Positions 28,012-36,571 of a DNA stretch of 64,000 nucleotides are shown here, piece after piece. The notes under the pieces were generated by a model that worked only from the letters and a program-made list of their open reading frames with translations, was not told the DNA's origin and searched no databases. Origin of the DNA: Planctomycetota bacterium (lineage in GTDB: Bacteria > Planctomycetota > MHYJ01 > JACPRB01); contig DATLZA010000156.1 of the NCBI GenBank assembly GCA_035574235.1, forward strand, positions 17,998 through 81,997. The letters run 5' to 3'. Each line of letters begins with the position of its first letter. The stretch's first letter is position 1. The position numbers and the translations under genes are program-made.

Positions 28012-29142
28012 ATGCACGTGCTGGCGGCGGTGGCGGCGGGCGGCGGAGGAGGGGGATTCCTCCCCGAAGGGTTCAAGGACTGGCTCAACCACCTTTTCAA
28101 CCCCGTCGTCTATACCCTCCTGAGCATCGTGCTGTTCGTGCTCATGATGGTGGGCTATCGCGTCTGGACGCGCCCCAAGGTCGCCCTCGGGATCCTCATC
28201 GCCGTCGCCCTCTTCTTCGTGGTGGCCTTTCCGGACATGAACTTCCGGAAGATCGTCACGAAGCCCGACAACGTTCCCATCGTCGCGCTCATCTTCGTGC
28301 TGGGCTTCTTCACGTGGTGGGCGCTGCGCCAGGCCGCGATCAACGACGAGCGGATCGAAAAGGGCCTGCCGCCTCAGGAAGCCCTGGAATCCAACGACCG
28401 CGTCCTGAGCTGGCCCGACCTGGTCTACACGGAACTCATCTGCTCCGTGATCTTCACGGTCGTGCTCGTGCTGTGGGGCGTGTTCCTGGACGCCCCCCTC
28501 GAGGAGCCCGCCAACCCCGGAAAGACCCCGAACCCCTCGAAGGCGCCCTGGTACTTCCTGGGGCTTCAGGAAATGCTCGTCTACTTCGACCCCTGGATCG
28601 CGGGCGTGGTGCTGCCCACGATGATCATCACGGGGCTCATCATCATCCCCTACTGCGACCGGAATCCCAAGGGCGTGGGGTATTACACCCTCAAGGAACG
28701 CCCCTTCGCCGTCTGGACCTTCATGTTCGGCTTCCTCATCCTCTGGGTGTCCCTCATCATCATGGGCACGTTCCTGCGCGGGCCTAACTGGGAGTTTTTC
28801 GGTCCCTTCGAGGCGTGGGACGTCCACAAGGTGAGCCCGCTTTCGAACGTGAACCTGTCGGAGTATTTCTGGGTCAAGTGGCTCGGACAGCCTCTTCCCA
28901 ACAACATTTTCATGCGCGAGGCGCCGGGCTTCGTGCTGGTCCTGGGTTACCTGTTCGTTCTGCCGCCCGTTCTGGCCTTCACCGTGTTCCGGGGCCTTTA
29001 CCGGCAGATCGGATTCATCCGGTATAACCTCGTCATCCTCCACCTCCTCGTCATGGTGGGGATGGTCATCAAGATGGTTCTCCGCTGGACGGTGAACCTG
29101 AAATACGTCGTGTTCATCCCCGAGTGGTTCTTCAACATCTGA
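28012..29142 (+). CDS. cytochrome b C-terminal half (subunit IV-like) with extra transmembrane helices
   Basis: Qo-site region KAPWYFLGLQEML corresponds to the PEWY motif, here reading APWY. Multiple TM helices. Stop lies 1 nt before the next ORF. Confidence 0.8.
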   Translation: MHVLAAVAAGGGGGGFLPEGFKDWLNHLFNPVVYTLLSIVLFVLMMVGYRVWTRPKVALGILIAVALFFVVAFPDMNFRKIVTKPDNVPIVALIFVLGFFTWWALRQAAINDERIEKGLPPQEALESNDRVLSWPDLVYTELICSVIFTVVLVLWGVFLDAPLEEPANPGKTPNPSKAPWYFLGLQEMLVYFDPWIAGVVLPTMIITGLIIIPYCDRNPKGVGYYTLKERPFAVWTFMFGFLILWVSLIIMGTFLRGPNWEFFGPFEAWDVHKVSPLSNVNLSEYFWVKWLGQPLPNNIFMREAPGFVLVLGYLFVLPPVLAFTVFRGLYRQIGFIRYNLVILHLLVMVGMVIKMVLRWTVNLKYVVFIPEWFFNI

Positions 29143-29143
29143 T

Positions 29144-32100
29144 ATGGCCGACGCCGCCAAGCCCGACGCCCCCGTGAAGCACGAGCCCCCCAAGGAGCTC
29201 GAAGGGAAGGCCCAGGTCCAGAAGTTCATGGGCCGTCCCAAGAGAACTCCCGCGGACCAGGCGGAGTACTTCTACGACGTCAAGGTCACCCATATCGTCT
29301 TCTTCGCCGCTTCGCTCGGCCTGCTGGCGTCGTTCCTCCTCATGTTCCGCAAGGACCACGCCCGGCCCTGGAAGGAGTACCAGCGCCAGTTCGCCGAGAT
29401 GGATTTCGAGAAGCTCTGGTTCGAAATGAACGAGCTGCGCAAGGCGGAGGCGGCTCACGACCAGAAGAAGCGCGAGCTCGAACGCCAGATCGAGGCTTTC
29501 CTCAAGATCGTCCGCGGCCGCACGGTTCCGGTCACGCTTTTCGACCCTCAGGCCGCCGAGAAAGTCGCGCGGCTCAAGTCCGCGCCGACCGTCACGGTCC
29601 TCGTCGACGAGGAGAAAAAGAAGCTCCTTCTGGCCGAGCAGGAAAAGATCCGCGGGGAGCACTACGACAAGCAGCAGCTTTTCAACTTCGCCAAGGACGA
29701 GCTGGGGGCCGTCCGGTACCGCTTCGAGGAAGCGAGCCGCCATTACGAGGAGGCCCGGAAGTCCGGCGACGCCCGGCTTCCCGAGCACGAGCGCGCCTAT
29801 CTCGAGGCCAAGAAGGCCTGGGAGGCGGTGAACGCCAAGGTGGATCTCCGCAAACGCGAGTTCGACGAGGTGGACGCGCTGAAGACCTTCTACGAGGACT
29901 TCGTGACGGCCCTGGAGAGCCGCTCGGTGCCGGGACTCTGGGAGGGGCGCCCGTCCCTGGCGGAGCTGCAGAAAGAGATCGCCCTCATCACCCGCGACCT
30001 GGAAGACAAGCGCACGCGCTTCCAGAAGGAACGCCCCAGCTTCGCCAACCGGGTGCGCAACCTTCCCATGCTGGACTTCTTCGCCCCGCAGTACAAGGTC
30101 CAGCAGGTGATCCTCCCCGACCTCAAGGATCAGCTCAACTTCACGCGCGTCGACAAGGTGGACCGCTGCCATACCTGCCACGTGGGCATCGCCAATCCCG
30201 TCTACGAGGTGCGCATCCATCGTTCGGCGGAGAAGGAGGAGGACCGGTACGTTTTCAAGGATCCCTTCCTTCGGGAGTTCGTGGCCCACGCGCGGGGCCT
30301 CAGGGACGGCCGGCCCTTCGAGCCGAAGGACTGCAAGGTCTGCGACCCGGAAGGGCGCAAGAACGCGGAAATGGCCGCCCCGCTTACGCCCCACGGCTCC
30401 TGGGATTCGGACGACGCGATCCGGTTCACGAAAGCCTTCATGGCCCATCCGCGCCTGGACCTGTACGTGGCCGATTCCTCCCGCCACCCGATGCAGCGGT
30501 TCGGCTGCACGATCTGCCACGAGGGAGACGGACGGGACACGGACTTCACGCGCGTCGTTCACACGCCCGACGACCGCCAGGAAGCGGCCGCCTGGCGCCG
30601 CCGGCACGGCACTCCCTTCGGCGAGGAACGCTACAACTGGAACTACCGGGAGCTGTGGGATCTCCCGATGATCCCCTCGAAGTTCGTCCAGGCGTCGTGC
30701 CGGCGCTGCCACGTGGATGCCGTGGAGCTGGACGGGGCGGAGAAGTACGTGGCCGGCATGAAGCTCTTCGAGCGCGCCGGCTGCTACGGCTGCCACCGCA
30801 CGGACACCTACCAGGTTCTGGAAAAGGATCAGGCCAATCCTTCGCTGGATCCCAACCGCAAGGCGCGCCGTCCCGGGCCGCCGCTCACGCGGATCGACAC
30901 CAAGGTCACGCCGGAATGGGCCTGGAAGTGGCTCATGGGCCCCCGCGACTTCCGCCCCACCACCCGCATGCCGCATTTCTTCCTGCAGTCCAACGCGCGA
31001 AACTTCGTCACCGGGCTTGACGAGAAGGGGGAAGTCCGCAAGAAGCCCTACAAGCCCGAGGAGATCGACGGCACCCTCGCCTGGTCGATCCTGCGGTACA
31101 TCTGGAGCCTGTCGGAGACCCAAGAGGACGCCCCGCCTCCGGCTTCTCTCAAGGGCGATCCCAAACGCGGGGAGCTCATCGTCCGACAGGTGGGATGCAC
31201 CGCCTGCCACAAGGTCGAGGATACCCCCGAATCCGAATTCCGCGCCTGGACGGATCGGAGCCGGTACCTGGAGGAATTCGCTCCGGCGCTGGCGGGCGTG
31301 GGGAGCAAGATCAAGTCCAAAACCTGGCTGTACCACTGGGTGCGCAACCCCAAGAAGCACTTCCCGGATTCCGCGATGCCGAGCCTGCGCCTCACGGAAC
31401 AGGAAGCGCTGGACGTCGTGGAATACCTGATGACGCTCCGCAAGCCGGAATGGGAGCGCCGCCCCGGCCCGCCGCCGGTGCGGGAAGAGCTCGTCAATGA
31501 CCTCGTCTTCGAGCAGCTGCGCAAGGCGACCTCCGACGCCAACGCCCGCCGGTTGCTCCAGGGCGGGGATCCGGAGCTCAAGGACCTGGACGGCCGGGTG
31601 CGGTGGCTCGGGCGCAAGATGACGGCCAACTTCGGCTGCTACTCCTGCCACCGGCTGCCCCGCAAGGACGGAGAGCCGGACTGGCTCAACACCGAGGGCA
31701 TCGGCGTGGAGCTGACGGGAGCGCAACCGTTCGGTTCCAAGCATTACGACCGGCTGGACTTCGGCTTCACGATGGACGACGGGGTCAACCATCACGGCGT
31801 CACGTTCAAGCACGGAGTGACCGGTCAGGAGATCACCGCCCGCGTCCACGAAACCCGCCAGGACTGGCTGGAGTGGAAGCTGCGCAATCCCCGGATCTTC
31901 GACGGCGGCAAAATGGAGTCGAAGCCCTGGGACGAGCTTCTGCGGATGCCCCACTTCGGCCTGACCGACTATGAGATCGAGCTGCTTCAGACGTTCGTCC
32001 TGTCCTTCACGGACCATCGGGTCGCCGGGCTGGTGGCGTCGGCGGAGAAGCGGTTTTCCCCCGACGAGAAGGCGCTCAACCGCGGAGAGCGCCTTGTGCG

Positions 32101-33202
32101 GGACAACAACTGCCGGGCCTGCCACCGGATGTCCCTCGATCGCTTCGAGACGGAGTGGACGCGATTGGACCCGGCTCAGAAGAAGGTCGTGACCACCTGG
32201 GAGTGGGTCGAAGGGCGCAACCTCGGGCGCGCGGGGGCGGACAACGCCGAGGCGATCCTCCGGCGCTGGGGGCTGATCTCCGGCGACGTCAAAAAGGAGC
32301 AGCTCGCCCGGTACGAGGTTTACTCGATCGACTGGGCGTCCGATCATCGCACGCTCCGGATCCCGGGCGTCGTGGCCGGGGGCAACAAGTTCGTGGCCTT
32401 CGACGGGGACGATTGGTGGTACCTCGACACGGACGAAAAAGGCCAGCCCCTCAAGCGGCCGATTCGCCGGAGGATCCCCCAGGACGGAGGGGACATCCTG
32501 CCCAAGATCGCCGCCTTCAAGAAGAAGCTCGCCGACGAATCGGACGAGGACATCGGCGACATGAGCGACCCCGGGCAGCTCGAGGCGCGCTATCCTCCGA
32601 TGCTGCGGACCCAGGGCGTCAAGACCCAGGCCGACTGGCTCTACCGCTTCCTCAAGAATCCCTGGCCGATCCGGCCGAACATTTTCCCGGTGGCGCCGGG
32701 CGCCAGGACGATGCCGGATCTCAACATTCGGATGCCCACGTTCGGACTGTCCGACGAGGAGGCGGCGTCGCTTGTGCGGTGGTTCGCCGTCCGGGACCAT
32801 CTGCCGGGGGTGGATGTCTACCCCTACACGAATTTCCCGGAGCGGGACCCGGCCCTTCTGGCCGCCCGCCGGGAGATCCACGAGAAGGTTCTTCGCGGCG
32901 TGATTCTGGACCGCGAAAAGGGGTGCGCAAGCTGCCACTGGGTGGCCGGCCAGGCGCCGCCCGGCGACCCCTTCAAGCACGCGCCGGATCTGGCCCATGT
33001 GGAGGAACGGCTCCGCCCCCGGTGGCTCTACCCGTGGGTGGCCGTCCCGGCTTCGATCTATCCGCGCACGACGATGACGTCCTTCTGGTCGAACCCGCAG
33101 GATCCGAAACAGGCCGACGAGATCCGGGCGGCCGTGGAGGCGCTGTTGAACTTCCGGAAACTGACCTCCGCGAAGGGCGCGGAGACGCAGGAGAAGAAAT
33201 AA
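29144..33202 (+). CDS. membrane-anchored poly-cytochrome c (8 CxxCH; tandem class I cytochrome c domains) with long N-terminal coiled coil
   Basis: Eight heme motifs: CHTCH, CTICH, CRRCH, CYGCH, CTACH, CYSCH, CRACH, CASCH. At least four are followed by class-I Met-ligand signatures (TRMPHFFL, SAMPSLRLTEQEALDVVEYL, LRMPHFGLTDYEIELLQTF, IRMPTFGLSDEEAASLVRWF). N-terminal TM IVFFAASLGLLASFLLMF, then ~250 aa of heptad-like charged sequence. Confidence 0.85.
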   Translation: MADAAKPDAPVKHEPPKELEGKAQVQKFMGRPKRTPADQAEYFYDVKVTHIVFFAASLGLLASFLLMFRKDHARPWKEYQRQFAEMDFEKLWFEMNELRKAEAAHDQKKRELERQIEAFLKIVRGRTVPVTLFDPQAAEKVARLKSAPTVTVLVDEEKKKLLLAEQEKIRGEHYDKQQLFNFAKDELGAVRYRFEEASRHYEEARKSGDARLPEHERAYLEAKKAWEAVNAKVDLRKREFDEVDALKTFYEDFVTALESRSVPGLWEGRPSLAELQKEIALITRDLEDKRTRFQKERPSFANRVRNLPMLDFFAPQYKVQQVILPDLKDQLNFTRVDKVDRCHTCHVGIANPVYEVRIHRSAEKEEDRYVFKDPFLREFVAHARGLRDGRPFEPKDCKVCDPEGRKNAEMAAPLTPHGSWDSDDAIRFTKAFMAHPRLDLYVADSSRHPMQRFGCTICHEGDGRDTDFTRVVHTPDDRQEAAAWRRRHGTPFGEERYNWNYRELWDLPMIPSKFVQASCRRCHVDAVELDGAEKYVAGMKLFERAGCYGCHRTDTYQVLEKDQANPSLDPNRKARRPGPPLTRIDTKVTPEWAWKWLMGPRDFRPTTRMPHFFLQSNARNFVTGLDEKGEVRKKPYKPEEIDGTLAWSILRYIWSLSETQEDAPPPASLKGDPKRGELIVRQVGCTACHKVEDTPESEFRAWTDRSRYLEEFAPALAGVGSKIKSKTWLYHWVRNPKKHFPDSAMPSLRLTEQEALDVVEYLMTLRKPEWERRPGPPPVREELVNDLVFEQLRKATSDANARRLLQGGDPELKDLDGRVRWLGRKMTANFGCYSCHRLPRKDGEPDWLNTEGIGVELTGAQPFGSKHYDRLDFGFTMDDGVNHHGVTFKHGVTGQEITARVHETRQDWLEWKLRNPRIFDGGKMESKPWDELLRMPHFGLTDYEIELLQTFVLSFTDHRVAGLVASAEKRFSPDEKALNRGERLVRDNNCRACHRMSLDRFETEWTRLDPAQKKVVTTWEWVEGRNLGRAGADNAEAILRRWGLISGDVKKEQLARYEVYSIDWASDHRTLRIPGVVAGGNKFVAFDGDDWWYLDTDEKGQPLKRPIRRRIPQDGGDILPKIAAFKKKLADESDEDIGDMSDPGQLEARYPPMLRTQGVKTQADWLYRFLKNPWPIRPNIFPVAPGARTMPDLNIRMPTFGLSDEEAASLVRWFAVRDHLPGVDVYPYTNFPERDPALLAARREIHEKVLRGVILDREKGCASCHWVAGQAPPGDPFKHAPDLAHVEERLRPRWLYPWVAVPASIYPRTTMTSFWSNPQDPKQADEIRAAVEALLNFRKLTSAKGAETQEKK

Positions 33203-33226
33203 AAAGAGAATGGAGGTGACAGGGAC

Positions 33227-33964
33227 ATGCGTACGCTTGCGATGATGGCGGCCGTCGCGGTCGCGCTGGGCGCGTCCGGCGACCGGCGGGCGTCGGCCGG
33301 GACCGGCGGCACGACGGCCCAGGACGGCTTCGCGGTCACGGGCAACGTCAAGATCAAGGGCGACATCCCCAAGCGGAAGAAGATCCGCATGGACGCGGAT
33401 CCGAAGTGCGCCGCGCTCCACGCGGAGCCTCCGTTGACGGAGGAGGTCGTGGCCGACGCCCAGGGCAACGTCCAGTGGGCGTTCGTCTACGTGAAGAAGG
33501 GGCTCGAGGGCAAGAAGTTCGAAGCGCCCAAGACCCCGGTCGTGATCGACCAGAAAGGGTGCCAGTATCACCCGCACGTTCTGGGAATCATGGTCGGACA
33601 GGATCTTCTGATCCGCAACAGCGACGATCTGCTCCACAACATCCATGCGCTGCCCTTCAACAACCGAGAGTTCAACTTCGGGCAGCCGCAGAAGGGGATG
33701 GAGGAGAAGAAGCAGTTCACCACGCCCGAAATCATGGTCAAGGTGAAGTGCGACATTCATCCGTGGATGAGCGCCTGGGTCGGGGTTCTCGAGCACCCCT
33801 TCCACGCGGTTACGGGTCCCGACGGCAACTTCAAGATCGAAGGCCTGCCCGCCGGCAAGTACACGATCGAAGTCTGGCACGAGAAGTACAAGGCGGTTTC
33901 CCAGGAGGTCGAAGTCAAGGCCGCCACGACCGTCAACTTCGAGCTGACGGAGAAGAAGGAGTAA
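33227..33964 (+). CDS. secreted cupredoxin (amicyanin/plastocyanin-like type-1 Cu site) fused to a CarboxypepD_reg-like beta-sandwich
   Basis: Signal peptide MRTLAMMAAVAVALGASG. The segment VGQDLLIRNSDDLLHNIH…KVKCDIHPWMSAW matches amicyanin VGDTVTWINREAMPHNVH…YHCTPHPFMRGKV (Cu ligands H, C-x2-H-x2-M). C-terminal VTGPDGNFKIEGLPAGKYTIEVWHEKY resembles a carboxypeptidase-regulatory domain. Confidence 0.75.
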   Translation: MRTLAMMAAVAVALGASGDRRASAGTGGTTAQDGFAVTGNVKIKGDIPKRKKIRMDADPKCAALHAEPPLTEEVVADAQGNVQWAFVYVKKGLEGKKFEAPKTPVVIDQKGCQYHPHVLGIMVGQDLLIRNSDDLLHNIHALPFNNREFNFGQPQKGMEEKKQFTTPEIMVKVKCDIHPWMSAWVGVLEHPFHAVTGPDGNFKIEGLPAGKYTIEVWHEKYKAVSQEVEVKAATTVNFELTEKKE

Positions 33965-33989
33965 GCGTTCCCTCTTCGGACGGAATTCG

Positions 33990-34030
33990 CGAAGCCCCGG
34001 GCGGAGGTCGCCCGGGGCTTCTTTTTATTC
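33990..34030 (+). terminator. rho-independent terminator after cupredoxin A
   Basis: Hairpin gaagccccgggcg / cgcccggggcttc followed by TTTTTATT. Confidence 0.5.
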
Positions 34031-34166
34031 CTCTTGCGGCGCGGAAAATTGAAGCGGGACAGAATGTCCCAATCCGATCCCGATTCCGGCGCGCCGGTCG
34101 AAGTTCCGCCCGTCAGGCGTGGGCGGCATGCCGTTTGCTTGGGGTCACGGGAAACAGGAGGGCGCG

Positions 34167-34961
34167 ATGAAACGACTTGCGGCGACCCTGATGAGTGTTT
34201 TTGTTCTGGGGTGCGGCCGGTCCGAGACGCCCGGTGGATCGGGGGCCGCTTCCCCTTCGCCGGCCCCCGCTCCGGGCGCGGCCGAGTCCCGGCCGGCGCC
34301 GCCTTCGGGCGACGCCCCGAAGGGCACGGCGTCGATCCGGGGCGTCGTGCGCGTGACGGGCACGCCGGCACGCGGCAAGGCGCGGCCCAGCGACGACTGC
34401 GCGGCGCTTCACGCCGGGCCGATTCTCCTGGACGATATCGTCGCCGACGCGCAGGGTCGCCTGCAATGGGCGTTCGTCTACGTCCGGAAAGGTCTCGAGG
34501 GACGCCGTTATCCGCCGCCGGCCGCGCCGGTGGTCATCGATCAGCGCGGCTGCCGGTACGAACCTCACGTGGTCGGGCTCGTCGCCGGCCAGCGGCTGAA
34601 GGTCACCAACAGCGACGATCTCCTGCACAACGTGCACGGACTTCCGTTCGCCAACCGCGAATGGAACTGGGGTCAGCCGCGCAAGGGGACGGAAAACGAA
34701 ATCACGCTTCAGGTGCCGGAGGTCATGATCCGGATGAAATGCGACATCCATCCCTGGATGAGCGCGTGGATCGGCGTGCTGGAGCACCCCTTCTTCGCGG
34801 TCACGGGTCCCGACGGGAGCTTCGCGATCGAAGGGCTGCCCGACGGCCGGTACGTCCTGGAAGTCTGGCACGAGGCGTTCGAGCCGGTCCTGAGGGACGT
34901 GGAACTCAAGGGCGGAGAATCGCGGGTCGAGGAGTTCGTGCTGGAGAAAAGGAAGCAATAG
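34167..34961 (+). CDS. lipoprotein paralog of the cupredoxin-CarboxypepD_reg fusion
   Basis: RBS aggagg precedes the ATG. Lipobox-like MSVFVLGCG. The same ligand set is present: DLLHNVH…KCDIHPWMSAW. ~55% identity by eye to the 33227 product over the core. Confidence 0.75.
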   Translation: MKRLAATLMSVFVLGCGRSETPGGSGAASPSPAPAPGAAESRPAPPSGDAPKGTASIRGVVRVTGTPARGKARPSDDCAALHAGPILLDDIVADAQGRLQWAFVYVRKGLEGRRYPPPAAPVVIDQRGCRYEPHVVGLVAGQRLKVTNSDDLLHNVHGLPFANREWNWGQPRKGTENEITLQVPEVMIRMKCDIHPWMSAWIGVLEHPFFAVTGPDGSFAIEGLPDGRYVLEVWHEAFEPVLRDVELKGGESRVEEFVLEKRKQ

Positions 34962-34995
34962 ATCCGCCGCGGCGGATGCCTATAATGGCGCACGC

Positions 34996-36018
34996 ATGAA
35001 GGAAAAGGCGCTCTGGGCGCTCTTCGTCGTCCTGGCCGCCTGCGCGGTGGCGGCCGTTCTGGGGCTGTGGTTGCGCCGGGCGGCGCGCGACCGCGCGCCG
35101 GAGTTCGCGCTCGTGGACGCGCAAGGGCGGCCGGTGACGCGGCGCGACCTTCTCGGCGAAGTCTGGGTGGCGGACTTCGTCTTCACCCGCTGCCGGCTCA
35201 CCTGTCCCGCCATGACGTCCGCGATGGCGACGCTGGCCGAGCGCGTGCCGGGGGCTCGGTACGTGTCCTTCACCGTCGATCCGTCGCACGACACTCCCGA
35301 GCATCTGGCCCGGTGGACCGCGACGATGGGCGTGGCCCGCGAGGGATGGCTTTGGCTCTCGGGGGCGTCGGAGGAGGAGATGGGGCGGATCGCGCGGGGC
35401 TTTCTCCTTCCGACGGGACGGGCCCCGGAAACCGACTCCCGCATGGCGATCCTGCACAGCGAGAAGTTCGTCCTCGTGGACCGCTATGGGCGGATCCGCG
35501 GCTGGTACTCGGTGGTGGACGGGCTTTCGCTGCGGAGGGACGAGGCGGCGCTGGCGCGGCTGGAGCAGGATCTGCGGCGCCTGCTGGGGGAGCGCCGGCT
35601 GCCCGTCCAGAAGCTGCCGGCGGTGAACGCCGGATTCAACGCCGTCAGCACGCTTCTGCTCATATCCGGATTCGTCTTCATCCGGAAGAAGCGTGTCGGA
35701 GCGCACCGGGCCTGCATGGTGGGGGCATTGGCGGCTTCGGCGCTCTTTCTGGCCGGGTATCTGGCGGCGCACTACTATCTGGGTTCGACGCCGTATCCGC
35801 GACGGGATTGGACGCGGCCGCTGTATTTCGCCGTTCTGGCGAGTCACTCGGTTCTGGCGGCGTTCATTCTGCCCCTGGCCGGGATCACCCTCTACCGGGC
35901 GTTTCGGGGCGACTTCGAGCGTCACCGGGGGATCGCCCGCTGGACGCTTCCCTTGTGGTTGTACGTCTCGGTGACGGGGGTGGCGATCTACGGGATGCTC
36001 TACGGCGTCGGCGGATAG
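34996..36018 (+). CDS. SCO1/SenC copper chaperone (CxxxCP thioredoxin fold) fused to a DUF420-like polytopic membrane domain
   Basis: N-terminal TM, FVFTRCRLTCPAMTS (CxxxC) with a downstream His (DPSHDTPEH). C-terminal four TM helices with conserved His (LASHSVLAAF). TATAAT 9 nt upstream of the ATG (leaderless-type spacing). Confidence 0.8.
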   Translation: MKEKALWALFVVLAACAVAAVLGLWLRRAARDRAPEFALVDAQGRPVTRRDLLGEVWVADFVFTRCRLTCPAMTSAMATLAERVPGARYVSFTVDPSHDTPEHLARWTATMGVAREGWLWLSGASEEEMGRIARGFLLPTGRAPETDSRMAILHSEKFVLVDRYGRIRGWYSVVDGLSLRRDEAALARLEQDLRRLLGERRLPVQKLPAVNAGFNAVSTLLLISGFVFIRKKRVGAHRACMVGALAASALFLAGYLAAHYYLGSTPYPRRDWTRPLYFAVLASHSVLAAFILPLAGITLYRAFRGDFERHRGIARWTLPLWLYVSVTGVAIYGMLYGVGG

Positions 36019-36024
36019 GCGGCG

Positions 36025-36408
36025 GTGGGGGATTTGTCCTTCGCACGGATATTGGCGCGGGGGATGAAGCTTCGCTGTCCCCGTTGCGGGCTGGGGCGGC
36101 TCTTCGCGCGCGCCTTTCGGATGCATGCGGCCTGCGTTTCGTGCGGGTTGCCGTTCGAACCCGAGCCGGGATACTATGTCGGAGCGATGTATTTGAATTA
36201 CGGGGTAACGGCGGCGCTCGGCCTGGCGGCGGGGCTTTTTCTATTGACGCGGATGGATGCTCGAGGCGTGGTGGCGGGTCTGATGATCTTCGGGGTCGTG
36301 TTTCCCGTTCTTTTTTTTAGGCACTCCCGATCCCTGTGGCGGGCGGCGGACTTCTACGTGGAAAGGCGCACATCCGGCCCGCCGCCCGAGGAACGCCTGC
36401 CAAGGTGA
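36025..36408 (+). CDS. DUF983-like zinc-ribbon membrane protein
   Basis: CPRCG…CVSCG zinc ribbon, followed by two TM helices. This family is commonly linked to cytochrome oxidase/Sco genes. An alternative start exists at 36064. Confidence 0.55.
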   Translation: MGDLSFARILARGMKLRCPRCGLGRLFARAFRMHAACVSCGLPFEPEPGYYVGAMYLNYGVTAALGLAAGLFLLTRMDARGVVAGLMIFGVVFPVLFFRHSRSLWRAADFYVERRTSGPPPEERLPR

Positions 36409-36419
36409 CGCCTCCCTCC

Positions 36420-36571
36420 TGTCAACCCAACAGGACTTCGAAAGTCAGTGGATAGATTGATGTAAAATCATGATTCCAAGCATCTTATAATCGCGTTTTG
36501 TCGGCCCTCCTGGCATACCGTTTGCAAGTCTCAAGGCGTCCACGTTTATTGCTGCAGATGGAGGTCTAGAG
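36420..36571 (+). promoter_or_regulatory. AT-rich promoter region of groES-groEL (no CIRCE inverted repeat found)
   Basis: This is the only markedly AT-rich stretch in the window. It contains TTGATG…TATAAT-like hexamers. No TTAGCACTC-N9-GAGTGCTAA element is present. Confidence 0.3.

Noticed and set aside
29132-33880. 1582-aa minus-strand ORF antisense to the poly-cytochrome c
   Set aside because: It is an antisense shadow of a strongly GC3-biased sense gene. Its composition is dominated by R/G/A/L/V/D/E with no signal peptide or domain. The sense strand carries 8 CxxCH motifs plus class-I signatures.
36420-36571. CIRCE/HrcA operator upstream of groES
   Set aside because: I searched for TTAGCACTC-N9-GAGTGCTAA or near variants and found none. 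Only generic AT-rich promoter-like sequence is present.
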